Of a DNA stretch of 64,000 nucleotides, positions 30,008-40,752 are shown in pieces (the stretch's first letter is position 1; each line of letters begins with the position of its first letter). The position numbers and the translations under genes are program-made. The notes below the pieces were generated by a model. The model ran no database searches. It saw only the letters and a program-made list of their open reading frames with translations, and had not been told where the DNA came from. The stretch is from assembly GCA_963796105.1 (NCBI GenBank), contig CAWCKJ010000004.1:1120001-1184000 (forward strand). Reading direction: 5' to 3'. The stretch is from a candidate division FCPU426 bacterium (GTDB lineage Bacteria > Oederibacteriota > Muellerivitia > Muellerivitales > Muellerivitaceae).

Positions 30008-30047
30008 GTCCGGAATTTGCAAGTTTTCTTCCGGGTCCGCGGTTCAT

Positions 30048-30404
30048 TTATTTCCTGATCGCGTGCAATTTCAATTCGGCCATTTTGATGGCGTAGGGCT
30101 TCCGGCCGGTTTCCCGGATTTGCCGGATACAGGCGGCGCGGTCGGAACGGGTGATGAACCCGATCAATCGTGAAATGAAATTGTTGAATTTTTTGCAGTC
30201 CGCCGGGTTGGTGAATTCCTCGCAAGCCGCGCAGGTGGAAATCGCTTTCTCTTCGCAGCAAATCCGCACCTTGCACCAGGTGCGGCTTTTGCATTGACTG
30301 CAACCCTGGCATTTTTCCCGCAAGTAAGCCCCGCAAGCGCCGCAATAGAGGCCGCAACAGGCCACCAGGTCGGGATTCGCGGTCACTGTTTTCATGAAGG
30401 GCAC
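30048..30404 (-). CDS. DUF3795-like Cys-rich protein
   Basis: ACCGLYCGACG..KCQGC..CKVRICC..CAAC. Confidence 0.85.
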   Translation of the reverse strand: MPFMKTVTANPDLVACCGLYCGACGAYLREKCQGCSQCKSRTWCKVRICCEEKAISTCAACEEFTNPADCKKFNNFISRLIGFITRSDRAACIRQIRETGRKPYAIKMAELKLHAIRK

Positions 30405-30542
30405 CTTTCAAGGCGCATCACTGTTTCATTCGGGGGAATTTGGATTACCTTGCCGGTTTCATGATAGGCCCGCTAAACCGGAAAAGCCAAACCAATAATC
30501 AATGAACGTTTTTTGTCCATAAAATCGAGGCCTTCCGGGAAT

Positions 30543-30578
30543 AAAAAAAGCCCCAGAACCTTGCGGTTGAGGGGCTTA
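30543..30578 (-). terminator. Intrinsic terminator of 30621-30842
   Basis: AAAAAAAGCCCC.GAACC..GGTT.AGGGGCTT. Confidence 0.65.
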
Positions 30579-30620
30579 AAGGCCGCCGTTGACAAGGCGG
30601 CCTGGGTTGAGAAAGTAAGA

Positions 30621-30842
30621 TTACTTAGCGGCCGGCGCGGTCGAGGCGGGAGCGGCTGCCGGGGCGGCTGCTTCCTTTTTCTCTTTCTTGACGGCTTTAT
30701 GCATTTTCTTGACGTGTTTCTTGTGCGCCTTCATCGTCTTTACGGCGGGTGCCGCGGCAGGAGCAGCGGCTGTGTCGGCCAAGACCAATCCGGTGCTTCC
30801 CAAGAACAACACGGTCATCAAGCTCAAAATTAACTTTTTCAT
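30621..30842 (-). CDS. Small secreted Lys/His/Ala-rich protein, Asr (acid-shock)-like
   Basis: Signal peptide followed by AAAPAAAPA..KAHKKHVKKMHK..AAAPAAAPA; GGAGG RBS. Confidence 0.75.
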   Translation of the reverse strand: MKKLILSLMTVLFLGSTGLVLADTAAAPAAAPAVKTMKAHKKHVKKMHKAVKKEKKEAAAPAAAPASTAPAAK

Positions 30843-30900
30843 CTGAGTCCTCCAGAACCTTTCGGTTTATTTATTGGGTTGAATTGCTTCCCGTCATATA

Positions 30901-30928
30901 GGACGAGGGGGCGGATTAAAAAGTTTCA
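30901..30928 (-). promoter_or_regulatory. Candidate ECF-sigma promoter for the Asr-like gene
   Basis: Minus strand TGAAAC-N17-CGTCC, matching the AAC / CGT ECF pattern. Confidence 0.45.
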
Positions 30929-31220
30929 ACGCCAAATATGGGGTTATTCCTCGTTTTTCAGGTTATTCCGTATACAAGGGGCCGGGTCTTGCGGAAAAAT
31001 GTTTAATGACGGCATTTGTCCGAATTTACCGCTCCCAATTTTCCATCCCTTTTTTGGAATTCCCCGCGCGTTTTACCGTCAAATCCGCGCCTAAAAATTC
31101 ACAAAAGGGGGGTGCAATTTTCAGGCACATGCCCTATAGATGATCGAAAGTTTCAACACATTCGAATCACTGCTGACCGAAGCTTCCCAGCTATGAAGGG
31201 AGGCCGGTGAGGGGAGAACA

Positions 31221-34200
31221 GTGAAGAGTTATCGAAGTAAACTATTATCTTTTGCGCGTGCCATCATTACCCTTGCGCTCACTCCTGCCGGCGCATGGGC
31301 CCAAGCCTCCTTGACGACCTACCATAACGACCAGGCCCGGGACGGCTGGAACCAAAACGAGACCCTCCTCACCACCGCCAACGTCAACAGCGCCTCTTTC
31401 GGGAAGCTTTTCTCCGACGCGGTTGATGGCCAGGTTTACGCCCAGCCCCTTTATATGCCCAGCGTCTCCATCGGCGGCGGAACCCACAACGTCGTTTACG
31501 TGGTCACCGAGAACGACAGCGCATACGCTTTCGACGCCGACAACGCCGGGGTGACCTATTGGCATGACAGCTTCATCGGGGGTGTCACCACGACCGTGGC
31601 TGAGGCTGATGTCAATTGCACCCAGATCACCCCCCAGATCGGCATTACGGACACGCCCGTCATCGATCCCGCGACTGGAACCATTTATTTCGTGGCCATG
31701 ACCAAGACGGTCTCCGGCGCCGTCACCACCTTCACCCAGACCCTGCATGCCCTGGATATCACCACCGGAGCGGAGAAATTCAGCGGCCCCCAGACCATCG
31801 CGGCCACGGCCCCGGGAACCGGGGACGGAGGAAACTCGGTCACATTCAATCCGCGGGCCTACAAGGAGCGCAGCGCCCTTGCGCTGGTGAACGGCGTGGT
31901 TTATACGAGCTGGACGTCCCATTGCGACCTCAACACCTGGGGAAACTACCACGGCTGGGTCATCGGCTACAACGCGTCCGCCATCACCCAGCAGGTCAGC
32001 GTTTTCTGCGTGTCCCCCAACGGCAGCGAGTCCTCCCTTTGGGAATCGGGCGACGGCCCCTCGGTGGATTCCTCAGGCTACCTGTACTACCTCACCTCCA
32101 ATGGCAGCTTCGACCAGACGGCACCGGTATCCAACTACGGGCAATGCTTCCTCAAACTGAACACGGCTTCCAACGCAGTCACCGCTACCGATTATTTCGC
32201 CCCCATGAGCGAGTTGACCATGAGCAACGCCGACCAGGACGTGGGTTCGGCGGGACAATGCCTCCTTCCTTCCTCCTTCGGAACCACCGCGCATCCCAAC
32301 CTGGTCATCGGGGCCGACAAGCCGGGCGATATTTACGTGGTGGACACGGCCAACATGGGAAAATTCAGCGCCACAGCCAATAACAATGTCCAGACGGTGC
32401 CAGCCATCGGGGGCAGGGGTTACACCACCCCCGCGATCTACAGCAACGGCACCACGAATTACGTCTATTGGGGCATGACGGCGGAACCCCTCAAGGCTTT
32501 CACTTTCGCCAACGGCCTTTTCGGGACCACGCCCGTCACCCAGACCGCCGTGACTTTCGGGAGCATGGGATGCGTACCGAGCGTTTCCTCCAACGGGAAC
32601 TCCAACGGAATTGTTTGGGCGCTGGCCGCCGGGACCCCGGTGACGCTTTACGCCTACGACGCCTCGAATCTGGGAACGATGCTATACAACAGCGCCCAGG
32701 CGGCGGGAAGCAGGGATTCCGCCGTGGGGGCGGTGGTTAAATTCACCCCGCCCAGCGTGGTCAACGGGAAGGTTTACGTTCCTACCGCCAGCAGCCTGGT
32801 GGTCTACGGGCTCCTGACGACGGCCACCCCGACCGCCACGACAACCGGGACCCAATCCCCGACGTTGACACCGACCAGGTCGAGCACTCCGACGGCGACC
32901 CTGACTTACTCACCCACTCGCACTTCCACGCCCACCATGACGAAAACACCCACAGGCACCCCCACGCCGACTTTCAGCTCCACATTCACCTCCACTTCAA
33001 CCCGCACGGCGACGGCCTCGCCCACGGTTACCCTCACCTCAACCCCGACGCCCTCGCCTACCCCAACAAACACATCCACGAATACCCCGTCTCCAACCCC
33101 CACTCCGACCCGCACACTAACTCCCACTCCGACGGATTCGGCTACTTCGACTCCTACGCCGTCCCTTACGTTCACCGCTTCACCTTCTTCAACCTTTACT
33201 GCAACGAGAACCTTCACGGCCACACAGACCTACAGCCCTTCGTTGACTTCCACACTCACCAGGACCACGACTTTCTCCTCCACTCCGACACCCACGTCCA
33301 CCGGCACCTCCACGCCGACTCCCACCTATACCCAGACGAGAACTTCCACAGCCACCTCGACGAATACCAGCATGCAAACTTTGACGCCGACAAATACCCA
33401 AACCTCCACTCTTACGAATACATCCACCCCGACTCAAACGAAGACTTCCACATTTACGCCGTCCCCCACAGCCACCGGAACGTCCACGCCCACCTTAACC
33501 AATACGCTGACGAGGACATTCACCCCGACCTTGACGTCGACGAGTTCTCAAACCGCCACTTTCACGAATACATCCACCCCGACTCAAACAAAGACTTCCA
33601 CGTTTACGCTTACACCTTCAGCCACGAATACACTCACGCCGACCATGACCGCTTCGGCTACCGCGACTCTTACGTCATCGCCTACTCTTACCGCGTCGCC
33701 TTCCCCAACCCCGACAAGGACGCCGACTTTCAGCCCCACCGGTACGCCATCACCTACGAATACGCCTACGACTACTCCGACTAGGACCCTCACACCAACG
33801 CCTACCTCCACGCAGACACCTATGGACACAAGTTCATCCACTTCCACTTTCACAATCACTCCAACAAGAACATCTACGTCTACGATGACTCAAACGCCTT
33901 CCAACACCTATACCGTAACATCCACCCCAACCAGGACTTCCACACCCACCTTAACCCTCACCCAAACCAGGACGCCCACATTCACTTATTCGTCCACTCC
34001 AACCTCCTCCAACACCCTAACCCCGACCTCCAGCCCCACCGGCACGCTTACTCCCACCAACACGCCAACGGTTACCCCGACTTGGACGCCCTCATCCACC
34101 CTAACCGATACGCCTACAGCCGCATTCACGCCAACTTTGACTTCAACTCCCACTTCTTCCTTCACCGCCACAAACACCCCCACTTCGACGGATTCGGTGA

Positions 34201-34988
34201 CGCCTACCGCGACTGCGAGTTCGACAAGCACATCCTCACCCTCACAGACCCCAACAGCTACGTTAACCTCGACTGGGACGCCGTCACTCACCTCTTCGCC
34301 AACTCACTCCGATACGCCAACCGCCTCACCCAGTCCGACGTCAACCTCCACTAGGACCCCGACTTCAACGGCTTCCGCGACTTTCACTTCAACGAGCACA
34401 CCCACCTTGACCCTCACCCTAACGAGTACCGCTACCCCGACCTTTTCGTACACCCTGACACCTACCATCACCCTTACCCCCTCTTTCAGCCCAACCGGCA
34501 CGCTTTCACCCACGAAAACCCCCACCATTACCTCAACTCGGACAATGACTTCCACGCCGACGGACTCGACTACAGCGACTCCTACGTCGTCGCCTACGCT
34601 CACCGCTTCGCCTTCGCCGACCCCAACACCAACCCTCACCTTGACTGTGACCCCATCCTCGACAAACACTCCAACGCTTAACCCCAGCGTCACTTCCACG
34701 CCGGTGGCCCAGGCGACTCCCATCCTTTATCCCAATCCCGTCAGCGGGGGAACTTCCACGACCCTGCGCCTGACCCTGAGGGTTTCTTCCAATGTCAGGG
34801 TTCAGATTTACACCTTGGCTTTCCGCAAGGTCTATGACCATACCTTCGCGGCCTTGTCCGCTGGGTCACAGAATCTGACAATCCCGCTGGCGGACAGTGA
34901 AGGGAACCCCTTGGCAAACGGCCTTTATTACGTGATTGTCACCGTCAACGGACAACGAACCGTCTTGAAATTGGTGGTCACCCGCTAA
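31221..34988 (+). CDS. Secreted PQQ-like beta-propeller protein with ~630-aa T/S/P stalk and T9SS-A-like CTD
   Basis: AWA|Q; TYHND.ARDG.N.NET.LT; VDGQVYAQPLY; GITDTPVID; KFTPPSVVNGKVYV; YPNP..IYTLAFRKV..LANGLYY..KLVVTR. Confidence 0.85.
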   Translation: MKSYRSKLLSFARAIITLALTPAGAWAQASLTTYHNDQARDGWNQNETLLTTANVNSASFGKLFSDAVDGQVYAQPLYMPSVSIGGGTHNVVYVVTENDSAYAFDADNAGVTYWHDSFIGGVTTTVAEADVNCTQITPQIGITDTPVIDPATGTIYFVAMTKTVSGAVTTFTQTLHALDITTGAEKFSGPQTIAATAPGTGDGGNSVTFNPRAYKERSALALVNGVVYTSWTSHCDLNTWGNYHGWVIGYNASAITQQVSVFCVSPNGSESSLWESGDGPSVDSSGYLYYLTSNGSFDQTAPVSNYGQCFLKLNTASNAVTATDYFAPMSELTMSNADQDVGSAGQCLLPSSFGTTAHPNLVIGADKPGDIYVVDTANMGKFSATANNNVQTVPAIGGRGYTTPAIYSNGTTNYVYWGMTAEPLKAFTFANGLFGTTPVTQTAVTFGSMGCVPSVSSNGNSNGIVWALAAGTPVTLYAYDASNLGTMLYNSAQAAGSRDSAVGAVVKFTPPSVVNGKVYVPTASSLVVYGLLTTATPTATTTGTQSPTLTPTRSSTPTATLTYSPTRTSTPTMTKTPTGTPTPTFSSTFTSTSTRTATASPTVTLTSTPTPSPTPTNTSTNTPSPTPTPTRTLTPTPTDSATSTPTPSLTFTASPSSTFTATRTFTATQTYSPSLTSTLTRTTTFSSTPTPTSTGTSTPTPTYTQTRTSTATSTNTSMQTLTPTNTQTSTLTNTSTPTQTKTSTFTPSPTATGTSTPTLTNTLTRTFTPTLTSTSSQTATFTNTSTPTQTKTSTFTLTPSATNTLTPTMTASATATLTSSPTLTASPSPTPTRTPTFSPTGTPSPTNTPTTTPTRTLTPTPTSTQTPMDTSSSTSTFTITPTRTSTSTMTQTPSNTYTVTSTPTRTSTPTLTLTQTRTPTFTYSSTPTSSNTLTPTSSPTGTLTPTNTPTVTPTWTPSSTLTDTPTAAFTPTLTSTPTSSFTATNTPTSTDSVTPTATASSTSTSSPSQTPTATLTSTGTPSLTSSPTHSDTPTASPSPTSTSTRTPTSTASATFTSTSTPTLTLTLTSTATPTFSYTLTPTITLTPSFSPTGTLSPTKTPTITSTRTMTSTPTDSTTATPTSSPTLTASPSPTPTPTLTLTVTPSSTNTPTLNPSVTSTPVAQATPILYPNPVSGGTSTTLRLTLRVSSNVRVQIYTLAFRKVYDHTFAALSAGSQNLTIPLADSEGNPLANGLYYVIVTVNGQRTVLKLVVTR

Positions 34989-35106
34989 ATTGACCGGAAT
35001 TTCAGCAGGCAAACTTACATAACCTGCCATGCTTTCTAAGCTGAAACTCCGCAGGAAAATCCATCGTCCGGTTTTTAAGTCAACGATATGATTAAGGAGA
35101 AATAAT

Positions 35107-37392
35107 ATGAGCCGCCGGAAAAGTTTTTATAATCCGCTTCTTCTTTTTATGATTGGTTTCGTTTCCACCGGACAAATGAACGCGCAAACGACCTTGGCGG
35201 GAAAAATCGTGGATTCCTACCTTCAAATTCCCTTGAAAGGGGTGACGGTAAAAGCCGGTGATAAGAATGCTTTAACCGACGAGAAGGGCCGGTTCCAGGT
35301 GGATGTAGGGGATCAAACCTCAGAGATTCTTTTGTCGCGGGAGGGATACCAATCTATAAGCATCCCGGTCAAGGGTTGGAAGGGCGAAAAAACAATCACC
35401 TTGAAGCCTTCCAGCCTCACCCTTCCAGAAGTGGTGGTCCAGGCCTATGGGACGGATCAAAAACTTTTGGAAACATCCGGGGGTTTCTCCCTTCTCACTG
35501 AAAAGGACCTGGACCGGGGCGACCGCGTCAATCTGGCGCCGGTTTTAAACACCTTGGCCGGCGTCAGGGTGGACCAAGCTTACATGGACAATTCCCGCAT
35601 ATCCCTCCGGGGAGAGGGCTTGAGGTCCAACTACGGCATCCGCAATGTGGGCATCTACGTGGACGGCATTCCGCTGAATGAGGCGGACGGGTTCGCCCGT
35701 TTGGAGGGCTTGGATCCCGACATCCTGGGAGAGGCCCAGGTCGTCAAGGGGCCGGCCTCGAGCCTTTACGGGGCGGGGGTGGGTGGGGACGTCTTGTTCA
35801 ATACTCTGCGTCCCGCGGCCAATGACACCCTACTGGGAGTCTCTGGGCTCGCGGGTTCCTACGGGCTTTACCGGGCCGAGGGATCCGTCCAGGCGGACCT
35901 GGGAAACGGCGGCGTCCTCTTGAATTATGGAAACCAATGGTTCGGCGGTTATGTCAACCACAACAGCAACAATCACAGCTTCGCCACGGCTCTTGGCACC
36001 TTTTACCCCGGCGGCAAGGATACCCTGACGGTCCTGGCCAACCAATCCAATGAGCAGGCCCTGATCGCCTCCCCGGAAACCCTGGCTCAATTTACCGGCA
36101 GTCCCAGGGCGGGGGTCGCGGCGGACAATCTTTACAACCTCCACCATAACGAGCTATGGACCAGGTTCGGCGCTTCCAACCATTATGTTTTCAATGATCA
36201 ATGGGAAAACCAGACCACCCTGTACGCCTCCTCCTTCAATATGGACCGCGCATTCGCCGATACCGTGGCCTATGCCGCCTACTTGGAAAAAGTCATGCAA
36301 AACGCGGGAGGAAGGACCCAATGGACCTTCAAGACCGACTTTGGGCAAGTGGAAACCAGGTTCAGCGGCGGGGGCGAGTTGATGAATGAGTACGGCACTT
36401 ACGACTATTTTTTCAATAATCACGGCGTTCCCGGCGCTTTTGGGTACATCGTCCAGGGCACGCAACAGCACTACAACCTTTTCCTGGAGGGCGACGCGAA
36501 CCTGGAGAGGAAAACATTCCTCACGGCCGGGTTGAACTACAACAGCACGGGCTATACCCTGAACCTGCTGACTTCGCAAACCAATAACAGCGTGAATTTC
36601 AATCCCACGGCCTGCTTCCGGGTGGCGGCTTCCCATGTCTTCAACGAGGCGTTCTCGGTTTATGGCGACGTCAGCCAGGGATTCTCCCCCCCGGCGTTTG
36701 ACGAGATGAAAAACCCGTTCACCGGCACGCTTTTAACGAATTTACAGCCCGAATTGGCGACCCAGTATGAGATCGGAAGCCGGGGAAGCGTTTTGGATAA
36801 AAACCTGGCCTATGACTTGTCCTTGTACCTCCTGGACGCCAGCCAGGAGCTGGTCCAGCAGACGGTGAACTTCGTCTCCGAGTTCGTCAACGCGGGGGCG
36901 ACCAACCACAAGGGGGTGGAAGTCTCCCTCTCCTACTGCCTGGTGAACGACCCGGCCCCATTTTTAACCCTGGTGAAGCCTTGGGTGGCTTACAGCTACC
37001 AGCATTACCTCTTCACCCAGTACGCCTACAACGGGGTGAGCTACTCGGGGAACCAGATCACGGGAAACCCCGAGAACCAGTTGAACGCGGGCCTGGATGT
37101 GGAAACCCGGCCGGGATTTTACTTGAACGCGAACCTCCAATACGTCGACCGTTATCCCATCAACGACGCCAACAGCCTCTGGAACAACGCCTATGAGCTA
37201 TTGAGCGCGAAAGCGGGTTTCCGCCGGATGATCGGGAAATTCCTTAAAATTGACGCTTTTACCGGCGGGGAGAATCTGTTGAACCAGTCTTACGCGGCTT
37301 TTGTGGCCTTCAACGCGAACAACGGGGCCTACTTCGACCCCGGCGCGGGCCAAAGCTTCTATGGCGGGTTGAACCTGAGCCTGTTGTTTTAG
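35107..37392 (+). CDS. TonB-dependent receptor with N-terminal carboxypeptidase-regulatory-like extension
   Basis: GKIVD..PLKGVTV..TDEKGRF; LPEVVV; RISLRG; VVKGPASSLYGAG.GG; LQPE; terminal Phe. Confidence 0.92.
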   Translation: MSRRKSFYNPLLLFMIGFVSTGQMNAQTTLAGKIVDSYLQIPLKGVTVKAGDKNALTDEKGRFQVDVGDQTSEILLSREGYQSISIPVKGWKGEKTITLKPSSLTLPEVVVQAYGTDQKLLETSGGFSLLTEKDLDRGDRVNLAPVLNTLAGVRVDQAYMDNSRISLRGEGLRSNYGIRNVGIYVDGIPLNEADGFARLEGLDPDILGEAQVVKGPASSLYGAGVGGDVLFNTLRPAANDTLLGVSGLAGSYGLYRAEGSVQADLGNGGVLLNYGNQWFGGYVNHNSNNHSFATALGTFYPGGKDTLTVLANQSNEQALIASPETLAQFTGSPRAGVAADNLYNLHHNELWTRFGASNHYVFNDQWENQTTLYASSFNMDRAFADTVAYAAYLEKVMQNAGGRTQWTFKTDFGQVETRFSGGGELMNEYGTYDYFFNNHGVPGAFGYIVQGTQQHYNLFLEGDANLERKTFLTAGLNYNSTGYTLNLLTSQTNNSVNFNPTACFRVAASHVFNEAFSVYGDVSQGFSPPAFDEMKNPFTGTLLTNLQPELATQYEIGSRGSVLDKNLAYDLSLYLLDASQELVQQTVNFVSEFVNAGATNHKGVEVSLSYCLVNDPAPFLTLVKPWVAYSYQHYLFTQYAYNGVSYSGNQITGNPENQLNAGLDVETRPGFYLNANLQYVDRYPINDANSLWNNAYELLSAKAGFRRMIGKFLKIDAFTGGENLLNQSYAAFVAFNANNGAYFDPGAGQSFYGGLNLSLLF

Positions 37393-37477
37393 AAATGAGC
37401 CTGCGAAATAGAACCTTTGCCCCTGGCCATCACGGAGGAACTCCGGCTTCATAGTAGTATTCATCAACCGATTAAAT

Positions 37478-37512
37478 AAAAAAGCCGGGCCTGTGGAGGC
37501 CCGGCTATTTGT
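37478..37512. terminator. Intrinsic terminator between convergent genes
   Basis: AAAAAAGCCGGGCCT-GTGG-AGGCCCGGCT. Confidence 0.8.
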
Positions 37513-37530
37513 TAATACTTTTTGAAAAAC

Positions 37531-38844
37531 TTAATTGGCTGCCGCTCCGGGATCGGACGGCGGATTGCTTGGGACTGTGGGAGCTTGGTTGTTGGCCCCG
37601 GACGATTGGGCGGCCTGGTCGGCGTCGAAGGAACCGGGGTTGTAGGCGTTCCCCATCGCGTCGAACATGTCGAAGGAGCCGTCGTTCAGTTTGAGGATGA
37701 TTTCCAGCGGCCGTCCGTTGATGGTGCTGGAAAAGGTCACGCTTTCGACCCCCGAGGCCAGGTAAACCGGCTGGAATGAAGGCGGGTCGGCCGTGTCGTA
37801 AAGGAAGGCGTCGTAGGTGTCGGTGGCGACCTTGACGGTCCTGGTGCCGTCGGGGCTGTTGTAAGCCTGGAAGTTCGAGTTGTCCGAGGCCGTCACGACC
37901 ACCTGGTCCTCCGCCGAGTTGCAGGGGATGTAGTTGTCGTTGTTGTAGCAGTAGAGGTCACCCACGTGGTAGGGGTCCTGCCACCACCAATTGCCATCGT
38001 TCCAGAAGCACCAGCGGTCATAGTCCGTGTCGTACCACCACCAGCGGCCGCCGAAGTCGCGGGTCCAGAAAAACTGGTCCCCCAGGTACCAGCCCCACCA
38101 GTGGTAACCATTGGGGTCGATGTAGTGGCAATAGTTGAAACCGTTGTCGGTGTGCCAGTAATGGTGCCCGGCTTGGGTTTCGGTGCGGTAGGAATCACCG
38201 ATACGGGAGCGCCACTCATCACTGCCCACCAGGGCCATGTGGTCCCGGACCGCCTCGTCGTTCAAGTGCCTGGCGGAGATGGCTGTGGCCGTGATGGGAT
38301 TGTGGTCCGGCCCTTTCTGGGGAAATCGGATGGTGGAATGCGCCCTGTCGGTGTGGATGATTTCGGAGCGGTCGGTGATGAGGCTGGGCTCGGTTCTCAC
38401 GCCCATTTTTTGGAGTTTCTTTCGCACGTAACCTTGGGTATAGGGGTGGTGGTGGACCGAAACCGCCGCGCGCTGGCCGGGAGAGGCGAAGACTTTCGCG
38501 TCAGGCCTCGGGTAAAGGCCAATGCCGATCTGGCCTTGCCGCGATTGGGGTTGTGCCCGGGCCTGGGGTTTGTTTTGGGAAGGGGTTCCCCAATAGATTT
38601 TTCCGTAGGAAGGCTGGGCGCTCACGGCCGGCTTGCTTTGTTGGGCAGGGAAGTTACGGTTATGCCCGCCGCTGGAGGGCCGGCTCATGTTGATGACCAC
38701 CGGCTGGCGGACAGTTTGGCGCGTAGCGGGGGACGTTTTCGTTCCGCCTCCCGAGCGGGCATTTTGCGCGCGAGGGTTTTCCTCCAACATGGCCAGGGCC
38801 GGTATTAAAAACAACGCTAAAACAAAAAATGTGGTTCGTTTCAT
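37531..38844 (-). CDS. Secreted hypothetical protein with a Trp/Tyr/His/Asp-rich segment
   Basis: Signal peptide, disordered N-region, HHYWH..YCHY..YHWWGWY..FFWTR..RWWWYD..RWCFW..WWWQDP; GGAG RBS. Confidence 0.75.
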   Translation of the reverse strand: MKRTTFFVLALFLIPALAMLEENPRAQNARSGGGTKTSPATRQTVRQPVVINMSRPSSGGHNRNFPAQQSKPAVSAQPSYGKIYWGTPSQNKPQARAQPQSRQGQIGIGLYPRPDAKVFASPGQRAAVSVHHHPYTQGYVRKKLQKMGVRTEPSLITDRSEIIHTDRAHSTIRFPQKGPDHNPITATAISARHLNDEAVRDHMALVGSDEWRSRIGDSYRTETQAGHHYWHTDNGFNYCHYIDPNGYHWWGWYLGDQFFWTRDFGGRWWWYDTDYDRWCFWNDGNWWWQDPYHVGDLYCYNNDNYIPCNSAEDQVVVTASDNSNFQAYNSPDGTRTVKVATDTYDAFLYDTADPPSFQPVYLASGVESVTFSSTINGRPLEIILKLNDGSFDMFDAMGNAYNPGSFDADQAAQSSGANNQAPTVPSNPPSDPGAAAN

Positions 38845-39018
38845 AGATATTCTCCATGGTTTGATTTTGGAGCCCATCAGGGCCCCAACATGATACATCT
38901 TTTAGACGTGGAACTTAGCCGTTTGTATCTATCCCTCTTTCAATAAAAGAGGCGGGGCGGCAGGTTTTCCCCTGCCGCTGGCCTGGTTTCTAGGGGGTCA
39001 TGAGCCGGGATTCATAAT

Positions 39019-39591
39019 TTAAGCGCCGGCGTTCTCGGACTGGAACTCCTTGGCAGTGAGTACTGCCGCCTGCGAGGCGAAGACTTTTTCCGTCAGGACC
39101 CGGTGCACTTCCTCATCCCGGTCGAAACAGGCGTCCTTGATGACGGTGCATTGAAAATCCAGGTCTGCGGCCGCACGGAGCGTAGAGAGGACGATACCGC
39201 TGGTGGCGATCCCGAAAAGAACCAGATGCTCGATGCCCTGCGCGCGCAGGATCATCTGAAGGGAGTTTCCCGCGAAGGCGCTGACGCGGTGCTTGTAAAT
39301 CACCCTTTCGCCCGGCTTGAAGATCGAGGAATGGACCCGCGCGGAGTCTGATCCCTTGATGAAACTTCCGCGCTCCTTCATCATCGAAAAGCGCTTGTTG
39401 TTGGGGCTGATCTCGGGATACCCCGGATCAAAACCGATTCCCACATGTGCGGTGAAAAACCCGCCTTTCCTGGCTGTTTCCATCACGAGGGCGGCGCTGG
39501 GGAAGATAGCCTCCGCCCCAGGCACGAAGCCCAAAATGCCTTCCTGGACATCCAGGGAAAGAACCGCCGTTTTCTTGGGATCCAATTTCAT
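39019..39591 (-). CDS. Isochorismatase-family cysteine-hydrolase fold protein
   Basis: TAVLSLDVQ, KHRVSAF, GIATSGIVLST, DACFD. Confidence 0.92.
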   Translation of the reverse strand: MKLDPKKTAVLSLDVQEGILGFVPGAEAIFPSAALVMETARKGGFFTAHVGIGFDPGYPEISPNNKRFSMMKERGSFIKGSDSARVHSSIFKPGERVIYKHRVSAFAGNSLQMILRAQGIEHLVLFGIATSGIVLSTLRAAADLDFQCTVIKDACFDRDEEVHRVLTEKVFASQAAVLTAKEFQSENAGA

Positions 39592-39926
39592 TTCCGCTCC
39601 TTAGCCGAGTTGTTTAACATTTTCAGTTTATCATACCATTCCCGCCAAAATTTCCAGCCGTTGACCACTCGCGTCCCACCCGGATATGATCCCATAAATT
39701 GTAACCTCTGAAAAAGTCGGCTATCGCCTCCTTTTTCAGAAAACCATTTATGGAAACCCCGCAATTTCCTGTGGAAATCTTTGTCCTCCATCGCGTTAAA
39801 ACGCGATGGAATTCAGGACTATGCCGATCTCTTTTAGGCTTCAATAGAAATCGACATGGGGTCGAAACCTCTGTTGGTCGCTTTTAATAGTTTTTCAGAG
39901 GTTTAAAATTTTGATTAGGAACCTGA

Positions 39927-40709
39927 ATGTCATCCCTTCATCTGTCGTTGTCCTTGGCAGGCTTCTTTATCGGCTTTCTTACCAACTCCCTCGGCGGGGG
40001 AGGCGGGGGCCTCTTCGTGGGCATCCTGACGGCTTTTTTCAACATCCCCGGAGCCGTGGCTGCTTCCTCTTCCCTGGCCATGGTGCTACCGACGACTTTG
40101 GCGGGAAGCTGGAGCCATTGGCGCAACGGCAACGTGAGGCTGGTCCTGGGGATTCCCATGGCGGCGGGAGGGGCCTGCGGGGCCGTGGCGGGAAGCCTGT
40201 TAAGTTCCAGACTGCCGGCCTTCCTATATAAGCCGCTCTTCACGGCCCTTTTCATCTATATGGGATTCGGGATGATCCAGGAATATTTCAAAAAGGACAA
40301 GACATCGGCGGCCAACTCCCCCGTGAAGCCGTCCGACCGCTGGGTCGGGACCGCCTACGGTTTCTTCGGCGGGGTCCTTTCCGGCCTCCTGGGCATCTCG
40401 GGAACGCCCCCGGTCATCGTGGGTCTAATGATGCTGGGTTGTTCGGCCATCCAGACGATAGGAACTTCCGTGTTCGTATTGTCGGGAATTTCAGCGGCGG
40501 GGTTCCTGGCGCATCTTCACCAGGGCGACGTGAGATGGGGATTGGTCTGGCCCCTGGGAACTGGTTCCATCCTAGGGGGGTTAAGCGCCCCCTGGCTTCT
40601 CAGCAGGGTGAAGCGCGAAACCCTGGAGGCCGTTTACCGGCCCCTGATTCTTATACTCACGCTTTTGATGACTATTGCGATGATTTACCACATGGTTTCG
40701 GGCCGTTGA
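39927..40709 (+). CDS. TSUP (TauE/SafE) family transporter
   Basis: Two repeats, LGGGGGGL and GLLGISGTPP; multiple TM segments. Confidence 0.88.
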   Translation: MSSLHLSLSLAGFFIGFLTNSLGGGGGGLFVGILTAFFNIPGAVAASSSLAMVLPTTLAGSWSHWRNGNVRLVLGIPMAAGGACGAVAGSLLSSRLPAFLYKPLFTALFIYMGFGMIQEYFKKDKTSAANSPVKPSDRWVGTAYGFFGGVLSGLLGISGTPPVIVGLMMLGCSAIQTIGTSVFVLSGISAAGFLAHLHQGDVRWGLVWPLGTGSILGGLSAPWLLSRVKRETLEAVYRPLILILTLLMTIAMIYHMVSGR

Positions 40710-40752
40710 GAAGCGGGGCCTAAAGAAATTTATAAAACGGGACCCGCTGGGT

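Noticed and set aside
39588..39791. 67-aa minus-strand ORF overlapping the isochorismatase start
   Set aside because: No motif, its start lies within a palindrome, and there is no clear RBS.
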